DNA of 32,000 nucleotides from Pseudodesulfovibrio mercurii (GTDB lineage Bacteria; Desulfobacterota; Desulfovibrionia; Desulfovibrionales; Desulfovibrionaceae): NCBI RefSeq assembly GCF_000189295.2, contig NC_016803.1, positions 2,100,001 to 2,132,000 of the forward strand, read 5' to 3'. Shown piece by piece: positions 25,769 to 32,000 of this stretch (position 1 is its first letter; each line of letters starts with the position of its first letter). The notes under the pieces were generated by a model. It saw only the letters and a program-made list of their open reading frames with translations, ran no database searches and was not told where the DNA came from. The position numbers and the translations under genes were made by a program.

Positions 25769-27130
25769 TCAACCGGCCACGGCGCGGGCGAAGAAGCGGC
25801 AGGTGAGGTCCTGCCACCAGACGAAGCCGAGTTCGGCATCCACGTACCAGGCGGCGGTGAAGGCCTTGCGGTCGGCGGACCAGAGGCGGGCCTTTTGCGG
25901 ATCGAAGGCGGGTTCCAGACAGAACTCGCCCGGCTCGGTGCGGCCGGTGAAGAGCGTGGCCAGCTCGGCCACGGTGGGCAGCCGCCAGTCGGTGCGGCCC
26001 GCATAGGCGCTCTTGTTCAGGCGGGCAACGTGGGCGTTGGCGCGCTCCCAGGTCAGCGGGTAGCGGGAGCCGTGCCGCTCCCAGACCAGGCCGCGCGTCC
26101 GCTCCAGGACCGTGCCGTCGTTCCGGTCGGCGAAGTCGCCGTGGGCGTAACACTCGGGCCGCCACAGCTCGTCCAGACCGAAGGCGGCGCGCGCCTGTTT
26201 CAGCCCGGCCTTGAGGGGCGCGGACCGGGGACGCGGGCAGACGGTGGGTTCGGGCTCGGCCAGGAGGTCCGGGGCCGCGCAGGTTGCCTCGCGCCGGGCC
26301 AGCCAGCGGGCTTCGAGGTCATTGAGGGCGTCGAGCATGGCCGGGCCGGACGGGAAGCGGTCCGAGGGATCGCGGGCCAGGGCCGTGGCGAAGAAGTCGT
26401 CCCAGGCCCGGTCCAGGTCGGCGTGCAGTTCGCGGATGGGGCGGAGGTCCTTTTCGCCGGGCAGACGGCCGGTGAGCATGCGGTACAGGGTCACGCCCAC
26501 GGAGTAGCGGTCCGAGCGCTCGTCCGCGACCTCGGGGTCCGCCTCCTGCTCGGGGGCGGCGTAGTACGGCGAGCCCACGACCATGCCCTTGTGGCGCACG
26601 GTGGGTTCGCCGCGCAGCTTGGACAGGCCGAAGTCGATGAGCTTGACCGTGCCCGGCCCGCCCTGGTCCTCGGCGAGCATGACGTTGAACGGCTTGACGT
26701 CGCGGTGGATGATGCCCTCGTAGTGCAGCCGGTCCAGGCCGCGCAGCATGCCGCGCGCCAGGGCCAGGGAGGTCTCCACCCCGAGGGGCCTGGACTCGCG
26801 CTCCACCTCGTAGGTCTCGCCCATGAGCACCCCGAGGTTGCCGCAGAAGTATTCCATGGTGAAATGCGGGGGAACGGAGGTGCCGTCAGCCCCGCCGTCC
26901 ACGTCGAGCACGGCGGCCACGTTGGGGTGGCTGATGGAGGCCATGGCCGAGGCCTCCTTGAAGAACATGGCGCGCAGGGCCTCCGCACCGACCAGGTCCT
27001 CCAGGATTTCCACGGGCTTGAGGACCTTGAGGGCGACGATGCGGCCGGTCACGGGCATGGCCGCCTTGTAGACCGCGCCCATGCCGCCCCGGCCGAGCAG
27101 GCCGCGTATGTCATACCTTCCGATGCGCAT
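25769..27130 (-). CDS. Hanks-type Ser/Thr protein kinase with C-terminal DUF1566-like (Lcl C-terminal) domain
   Basis: [35 protein letters not shown] and YAAPEQ mark the kinase. The C-terminal region has [16 protein letters not shown]. The start is uncertain: 27130 ([10 protein letters not shown]) is favoured, with alternatives at 27166 and 27199. Confidence 0.85.
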   Translation of the reverse strand: MRIGRYDIRGLLGRGGMGAVYKAAMPVTGRIVALKVLKPVEILEDLVGAEALRAMFFKEASAMASISHPNVAAVLDVDGGADGTSVPPHFTMEYFCGNLGVLMGETYEVERESRPLGVETSLALARGMLRGLDRLHYEGIIHRDVKPFNVMLAEDQGGPGTVKLIDFGLSKLRGEPTVRHKGMVVGSPYYAAPEQEADPEVADERSDRYSVGVTLYRMLTGRLPGEKDLRPIRELHADLDRAWDDFFATALARDPSDRFPSGPAMLDALNDLEARWLARREATCAAPDLLAEPEPTVCPRPRSAPLKAGLKQARAAFGLDELWRPECYAHGDFADRNDGTVLERTRGLVWERHGSRYPLTWERANAHVARLNKSAYAGRTDWRLPTVAELATLFTGRTEPGEFCLEPAFDPQKARLWSADRKAFTAAWYVDAELGFVWWQDLTCRFFARAVAG

Positions 27131-27209
27131 GCGGCAGGGTAGCCCAAGGGGGCGGCCCGCGTCCATCCCGCGTTTGACTCCGAACAGGTTGTCCGTCATA
27201 GAGGATGAC

Positions 27210-28409
27210 ATGAAGAATGTGGAAGCCCCCCGGCCGCTCCCGGCCCTGCGCGACGCCGTTTTCGGCTGGTTCCGCAACCCCTTCGGGAAACTGACCCTGC
27301 TCATCGCGGGCCTGCTGGTGGTGGCCACCGGCGGGTTCTGGTTCTTCGAGCTCTATCCCAAGGGCACCATCCACGACGCCTTCGGGGCCCTGTGGTGGGC
27401 CGTGGTCACCCTGACCACCGTGGGCTACGGCGACGTGGTCCCGGCCACCACGGGCGGCAAGGTCATGGGCCTGATCGTCATGATCTGCGGCATCGGGCTG
27501 GTCTCCACATTGACAGGCAACCTGGCCTCCATGCTGGTGGAGCACAAGGCCAAAAAGCGCAAGGGGCTGCTCAAGGTGAACCTGACCAACCACGTCATCG
27601 TCATCGGCTGGAACGACTTCGGCCAGGAACTCGTCAACTCCCTGCGCGACAAGGGCGTGCTCAGGACCCGCGAGGGCGGCCAGTCCGACCTGGTCCTGAT
27701 CAACGAGCTGACCACGGACCAGCGCGAGACCCTGGCCCTGCAGATCGACATGGACGACCGGCTGCGCTTCGTCTGGGGCTCGCCCGCCCAGGAGTCGGTC
27801 CTGCTCAAGGCCCAGCCCGACCGGGCCCGGGTCATCTACCTTTTGTCCGGGGCGCGCGACTGCGACCCCAAGGACGCGGACCAGGCCACCCTGTACTGCG
27901 CCCTGACCCTGCGCGAGCTGGCCCCCAAGGTGCCCATCTACGGCGAGGTGGCCCTGCCCGAAAACCGCAAGCACCTGCTGCGCGCCGGGGTCAACGAGAT
28001 CCTGGTCCACGGCCAGCTGACCTCGACCATCCTCGGCCTCATGGGCGCGAACCCCTCCCTGTGGACCCTGCTCCAGGACATGCTCGGCATGCGCGGCGCG
28101 GGCGGCCTGGACGTCCGGGCCCTGACCGGGGAGGAGAAGGCGATGACCTGGGGCGAGCTGCTGCCCCGCTTCCGGGCCGACGGGCTCCTGCCCCTGGGCG
28201 TGGCCCAGGCCAGCCGGGAGCTCTCCCTGGAGGACGTCCTGGACCAGGGGTCGGCCCTGGACCAGTTCATCCTGGAGCTGTTCCAGTCCTCGGGCCAGGA
28301 GACCCGGCTGGGCGACTCCGGCCCGCGCGTGCTGGCCAACCCGCCCGACTCGGAGCGGCTCGAAAATTTCGACGCGGTCCTGTTCCTCAAGCCCGGAGAG
28401 ACGCGATGA
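27210..28409 (+). CDS. Two-TM potassium channel with cytoplasmic RCK/TrkA-N domain
   Basis: TM1, pore helix and selectivity filter TLTTVGYGD, then TM2, then the Rossmann-like stretch [18 protein letters not shown] 27210 follows GAGGA. Confidence 0.88.
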   Translation: MKNVEAPRPLPALRDAVFGWFRNPFGKLTLLIAGLLVVATGGFWFFELYPKGTIHDAFGALWWAVVTLTTVGYGDVVPATTGGKVMGLIVMICGIGLVSTLTGNLASMLVEHKAKKRKGLLKVNLTNHVIVIGWNDFGQELVNSLRDKGVLRTREGGQSDLVLINELTTDQRETLALQIDMDDRLRFVWGSPAQESVLLKAQPDRARVIYLLSGARDCDPKDADQATLYCALTLRELAPKVPIYGEVALPENRKHLLRAGVNEILVHGQLTSTILGLMGANPSLWTLLQDMLGMRGAGGLDVRALTGEEKAMTWGELLPRFRADGLLPLGVAQASRELSLEDVLDQGSALDQFILELFQSSGQETRLGDSGPRVLANPPDSERLENFDAVLFLKPGETR

Positions 28410-28936
28410 ATACCCCCGACATCGACTGGGCGGCCATCACCCTGTTCGCCGACATCACGGGCCCGGCCCTGGACAAGGTCAAGCCCATCTTCGAGGTCCG
28501 CACCCTGGACGCGGGCGAGGACCTGATCCGCGAGGGCGAGGAAGGGGACGAGATGTTCATCCTCATCGAGGGGCGCGTGCGCATCACCAAGTCCATGCTC
28601 CTGGAGGGCATGCACCTGCCCCTGCTCGAGATGGACAGCCCGCGCAAGGTCCTGGCCACCCTGGACCAGTCCGAATACCCCCTCTTCGGGGAGATCGCCC
28701 TCATGGACCGCGAGACCCGCTCGGCCACGGTGCGCACCCTGGTCCCGTCCCGGTTCCTGGTCACGGACCGCCTCCGCTTCTTCGATTTCCTGGAGCGTGA
28801 ACCCGCCCTGGGCGTGCGCCTGTTCAAGCGGCTGGCCCGGCGCATGGCCGCGACCATCCGGCGGACCAACGGCGAGGTGGTCAAGCTGTCCACGGCCCTG
28901 GCCCTGGCCCTGAGCCGCTACAAGACCCTGGGCTGA
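28406..28936 (+). CDS. Stand-alone cyclic-nucleotide-binding (CAP/CNB) domain protein
   Basis: ATG 28406 overlaps the channel stop (ATGA). Phosphate-binding-cassette-like stretch [18 protein letters not shown]. 176 aa with no HTH or other effector domain evident. Confidence 0.8.
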   Translation: MNTPDIDWAAITLFADITGPALDKVKPIFEVRTLDAGEDLIREGEEGDEMFILIEGRVRITKSMLLEGMHLPLLEMDSPRKVLATLDQSEYPLFGEIALMDRETRSATVRTLVPSRFLVTDRLRFFDFLEREPALGVRLFKRLARRMAATIRRTNGEVVKLSTALALALSRYKTLG

Positions 28937-29167
28937 CGGGGCGGGAACAGCGGTCCCCGCCCCTAACCGGGATGGTGTCCGGGGCCGATCCCCGGACGTC
29001 CCGGACAGCCTACACCCGGTTTTCGCACAAACCCGGTTTCGGGAGAGAATGACAGGGAAAAACAGCCGATAAGCATAAAAAATCAACTTGACGGGGTCGG
29101 CCGCGCCCGGTCCCGGAAGGGCGGGCGATTCCGTTGCGCCGACGGCTTGCCAAGGCCCCCCTTGACG

Positions 29168-29189
29168 TATACTTTAGATATACTCTAGA
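29168..29189. repeat. Tandem 11-bp repeat tatacttTAGA / tatactcTAGA in the promoter region of the SPOR lipoprotein gene
   Basis: 29168-29178 and 29179-29189 differ at one position. The pair is AT-rich, about 40 nt upstream of ATG 29227, with TTGACG immediately upstream (29162-29167). Confidence 0.4.
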
Positions 29190-29226
29190 CATACAGGCCA
29201 CACAGAACGAACAGGGGGACCGACCC

Positions 29227-29991
29227 ATGAAGAAAATCATACTTGCCCTGGCGGCGCTTGCCGCCGCCCTCGTCCTGGGCGGCTGTTTCCGCCAGCACAT
29301 CGAATCCGCGCCGCCCGTGCGCCAGCCCGCGCAGACCACGGCCGCGCCCGCCCAGCCCGTCATCGAGGAGACCCACGTGGTCGGCGACGAAAAGCCCCTG
29401 GACGGGCCGGTGGAGGAGGTCTACGAGGTGGACGCCGCCAAGCAGGCCGGACAGCAAGCCCCGGCAGTGGGCGAGGCCGACCTGGCCGAGGAGTCCCTGC
29501 CCGACGCGGACCAGCTCAAGCGCGAGGCCGAGGCCGCCGCTGCCCAGGGCACCCCGCCGGCAAAGACCGCTGTCCCGGCCCAGGCCGCTCCGGCTCCGGT
29601 TGCGGCCCAGGCCGCTCCGGCCGCCCCCGCCGCCCCGGCGGTCAAGGCCCCGACCAACCCCGAGGACGAGGTGGTCGGCATCGGCGACGAGACCGAGATG
29701 CCGGGCGCGGCCGCCGTCGCGGCTCCGGCCGAGCCCCCGGTTGCGGCTCCCGCCGTGGCTGCGGGCGGTCCGTACTATGTGCAGGTGGGCGCGTTCTCGG
29801 ACGTGACGAACGCGAACAGAGCCCTTGAGCGTCTCATTGCGGACGGCTACAAGGGCTCCGTGATGGTCAAAACCGACGAGGGGCTATTCCGCGTGCAGGC
29901 GGGTTCGTTCCCTGACGAGGCAACGGCCGGGGCCGCCCTTGAGAAACTGAAGGCGGACTACCCCAAGGGGTTCGTGCTGAAGAAGCCTTAG
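29227..29991 (+). CDS. SPOR-domain lipoprotein with Ala/Pro-rich linker
   Basis: Lipobox LVLGGC. Low-complexity AQAAPAPVAAQAAPAAPAAPA. C-terminal YYVQVGAFSDVTNANRALERL...FRVQAGSF SPOR fold. ATG 29227 has a GGGGGA RBS. Confidence 0.85.
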   Translation: MKKIILALAALAAALVLGGCFRQHIESAPPVRQPAQTTAAPAQPVIEETHVVGDEKPLDGPVEEVYEVDAAKQAGQQAPAVGEADLAEESLPDADQLKREAEAAAAQGTPPAKTAVPAQAAPAPVAAQAAPAAPAAPAVKAPTNPEDEVVGIGDETEMPGAAAVAAPAEPPVAAPAVAAGGPYYVQVGAFSDVTNANRALERLIADGYKGSVMVKTDEGLFRVQAGSFPDEATAGAALEKLKADYPKGFVLKKP

Positions 29992-30012
29992 TCCGGCATA
30001 TGCCGAACATCG

Positions 30013-30042
30013 GGGCCGGGTGTCGTCACTCGGTCCTTTTTT
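30013..30042 (+). terminator. Terminator candidate after the SPOR lipoprotein gene
   Basis: Imperfect stem ggccgggtg..cactcggtcc followed by TTTTTT (30037-30042). Confidence 0.45.
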
Positions 30043-30054
30043 CGCGTCTTCGGC

Positions 30055-30339
30055 CTAGGGATTCAGTTCGGCGCGGAACTTCCGGGACAGCCGGAAGACG
30101 ACCACCTTGCGCGGGGGCAGGGTGATGGTCTGGGTCGTCTGCGGATTGCGGCCCTTGCGGGCGCGCTTGTCGTACGCCTCGAACTTGCCGAAACCGGAGA
30201 TCAGCAGGGCGTGGTCCTTCTTGATGGACTTCTTCATGATCTCGAGAATGATCTCCACCAGGTCCTTGATCTCGGCGCGGTTCTTGTCGGTGCGTTCGTA
30301 GATGTAGTCCACGATACCGGCTTTGGTGAGAGTGCTCAT
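30055..30339 (-). CDS. ihfA: Integration host factor alpha-like / HU-family DNA-bending protein
   Basis: 94 aa. ISGFGKFEAYDKRARKGRNPQTTQTITLPPRKVVVFRLS matches the IHF-alpha arm (GFGxF...R.GRNP.T...I....R.V..F). Confidence 0.85.
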   Translation of the reverse strand: MSTLTKAGIVDYIYERTDKNRAEIKDLVEIILEIMKKSIKKDHALLISGFGKFEAYDKRARKGRNPQTTQTITLPPRKVVVFRLSRKFRAELNP

Positions 30340-30369
30340 CGATTGCCTCCAAAAAGGGTTTTCAATAAC

Positions 30370-30795
30370 TTACTTCAGCAATCCCGCGATGGTGGCCGCG
30401 AGTTTCCGCATGTCGTCCGGGTTCTCGTAGGACGACTGGCCCCACAGTTTCAGGCCGTCTTCCGCGAACCGCGGGATGAGATGAAAATGCGCGTGGTGAA
30501 CCAGCTGTCCGGCCGCCTCGAAGTTGTTCTGCATGAGGTTGAGCCCGTCCGCGCCCGTGGCCTGCATGACCGCGCCGCCCACGGCGGACAGGGCCCGGAA
30601 CAGGTCCTCGCCCAGCCCGGACGGGATGTCCATGAGCGTGGGGTAATGGTCCTTGGGCAAGACCAGGGCATGCCCGGGATGCACGGGGGCGATGTCCAGG
30701 AAGGCCAGGACCGTGTCCGATTCATATATCCTGGCGCAGGGAATCTCCCCGGCCACGATCTTGCAAAAAATACACTCGGAATCCACAATGGACAT
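30370..30795 (-). CDS. HIT-family (histidine triad) nucleotide hydrolase
   Basis: CIFCKIVAGEIP...VLAFLDI.P...GHALV.PK and the triad HHAHFHLIP. Start 30795 has a GGAGGG RBS. Confidence 0.88.
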   Translation of the reverse strand: MSIVDSECIFCKIVAGEIPCARIYESDTVLAFLDIAPVHPGHALVLPKDHYPTLMDIPSGLGEDLFRALSAVGGAVMQATGADGLNLMQNNFEAAGQLVHHAHFHLIPRFAEDGLKLWGQSSYENPDDMRKLAATIAGLLK

Positions 30796-31122
30796 GCGTC
30801 GTTTCCCTCCGTCGGAACCGAATTCCAAACGTTTCAAGCGCATGGAATCCACGGTCGTGCGATGACAGTTTTTGACCGTTACTCGCATTCATACAAGGGA
30901 TATCCAGTTAAATCAAGTCAGTTCGTTCAATTTCCTGAAAACCCACGCGCGGCAAGGGTTGCGGCGAAGTCTAGATATAATCTGAAAAATCGGACGGTTG
31001 ACGGACGGGGGCTGATTGAAACCGTTGTTTGAATCAATTGTGAAACGATTTCAAATGGTTGTAAAGCCCATTGAGAAAAGGTCCGCCATTGCGGGCAAAT
31101 ACCCCGAACCAGGGGAAAAATA

Positions 31123-31740
31123 TCAGGTTTTCGGCCGGGCCGGAACCCCGACCACGGTCGATCCCGCGGGCACGTCGCCCAGGACCACCGCGCCCGCGCC
31201 GGCCACGGCCCCGTCGCCCAGGGACACGCCCGGCAGCACGGCCGCGCCCAGCCCGACCAGCACGCCCGCGCCGATGCGCACCGCGCCCGCCAGCTTGGCG
31301 CCCGGAGCCACGTGCGCGTGATCCCCGATGCGGCAGTCGTGGTCGGTCACGCTGCCGGTGTTCAGGATGACGTCGTCGCCGATGACGCTCCCGGTGTTGA
31401 CGATGGCCCCCGGACAGACCATGCAGCCCCGGCCCAGGACCACGTCCGGGGCGAGGATGGCCGTGGGGTGGACCGCGTTGACGAAGGTCTCGCCCCTGGC
31501 CGCGAAGTGCTCGAAGAGCCGCCGCCGGATACCGTTGTCGCCCACGGCCACCACCAGGCCGTCGTGGGGGATGTCGTCCACGGCGTCGTCGCCGCCGAGC
31601 ACGGGCAGGCCGAAGGGGCCGGGTGTGCCGGGCGCGCGCTCCGCCGTGACGAAGCCCACGGGCTCCATGCCCTCCACGGCCAGCAGGATGTCCGCCACCA
31701 CGCGGGCGTGGCCCCCGCCGCCTATGATCACTATTCTCAT
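31123..31740 (-). CDS. NeuD/PglD-family sugar O/N-acetyltransferase (left-handed beta-helix)
   Basis: MRIVIIGGGGHARVVADIL N-terminal Rossmann-like part, then hexapeptide repeats (GAIVNTGSVIGDDVILNTGSVTDHDCRIGDHAHVAPGAKLAG). Confidence 0.8.
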   Translation of the reverse strand: MRIVIIGGGGHARVVADILLAVEGMEPVGFVTAERAPGTPGPFGLPVLGGDDAVDDIPHDGLVVAVGDNGIRRRLFEHFAARGETFVNAVHPTAILAPDVVLGRGCMVCPGAIVNTGSVIGDDVILNTGSVTDHDCRIGDHAHVAPGAKLAGAVRIGAGVLVGLGAAVLPGVSLGDGAVAGAGAVVLGDVPAGSTVVGVPARPKT

Positions 31741-31968
31741 GCGCGCCCCCTTGCCGCCCCGTCCCGGCGAAAGGCCAGGGATTCCGGTGCGGTGGTCATG
31801 ACACGGAACCTACCCGCTTTGCTTTTTCGGTGTCAACCGCGCCCGGCCGCCCCTTGCACACGCTTGACGCGGGCTTCCGCCCCGCGCTATCCCGTTGCCA
31901 CCGAAAACCGACACCGCCGCGCGGGCCGGTGCCGCCAGGGGCCGTCCGCGCGCACCAAGGAGCCATAC

Positions 31969-32000
31969 ATGACCAAGACCGGCATTCTCTTCCCCGGACA
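31969..32000 (+). CDS. 5' end of an unidentified CDS (MTKTGILFPG...)
   Basis: ATG preceded by AAGGAG 7 nt upstream. Only 10 codons are visible. The FPG start is reminiscent of FabD-type acyltransferases, but that cannot be supported from 10 residues. Confidence 0.4.
   Translation, partial: MTKTGILFPG

Noticed and set aside
25252-26004. 250-aa minus-strand ORF crossing the island boundary and the type-2 repeat
   Set aside because: It is a Pro/Arg/Ala-rich shadow of the kinase 3' end that runs through a repeat element and the small plus-strand ORF. It has no RBS or motifs.
29134-29226. Upstream start 29134 for the SPOR lipoprotein ORF
   Set aside because: It is a non-ATG start inside the AT-rich promoter repeats. 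ATG 29227 gives a canonical lipoprotein signal peptide (MKKIILALAALAAALVLGGC) and has an RBS.

Overview
High-GC bacterial chromosomal segment (60-nt spot counts: 27001-27060 has 40/60 G+C). Gene content and intergenic repeat style suggest a Desulfovibrionales-like organism, but that is inference only. Most of the window is ordinary core genome. It holds tyrS (3' end), a YhhQ/VUT queuosine-precursor transporter, a Vat/CatB-type acetyltransferase, argS plus a SPOR protein, and a DUF4198 metal-uptake pair. It also holds an AraC regulator plus EamA exporter, an OMP beta-barrel, dapF, catalase, a PaaI thioesterase, acs, ihfA, a HIT protein and a NeuD-like acetyltransferase. Four regions stand out. 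(1) A low-GC island at about 23.06-25.30 kb (25021-25080 has 20/60 G+C) carries two tandem orphan Rhs C-terminal toxin cassettes, each followed by a small envelope-targeted candidate immunity gene. There is no full-length rhs, PAAR, VgrG, integrase or transposase in the window. Cassette 1 has a 1-nt frameshift, and cassette 2 has no canonical start upstream of the Rhs core motif. Both toxin tips carry a His...Asn-Cys pattern suggesting a permuted papain-like (PPPDE/LRAT/NlpC-P60-type) fold. (2) A co-directional minus-strand cluster (16917 down to 9286) encodes a CxxCxxCC protein, an MBL hydrolase and two tandem paralogous receiver-like+TPR proteins in which Glu replaces the phospho-acceptor Asp. 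It ends with a 1050-1073 aa STAND-type NTPase carrying a C-terminal SARP (wHTH+BTAD) module. (3) A TVGYGD K+ channel with an RCK domain is translationally coupled (ATGA overlap) to a stand-alone cyclic-nucleotide-binding protein. This pair is divergent from a Hanks-type Ser/Thr kinase fused to a DUF1566-like domain. (4) Two families of structured intergenic repeats occur in 3-4 copies each, with compensatory stem changes between copies, and there is a 74-bp perfect palindrome after dapF. I recognised no rRNA, tRNA, CRISPR array or transposase. All similarity calls come from reading motifs by eye; no database search was possible.
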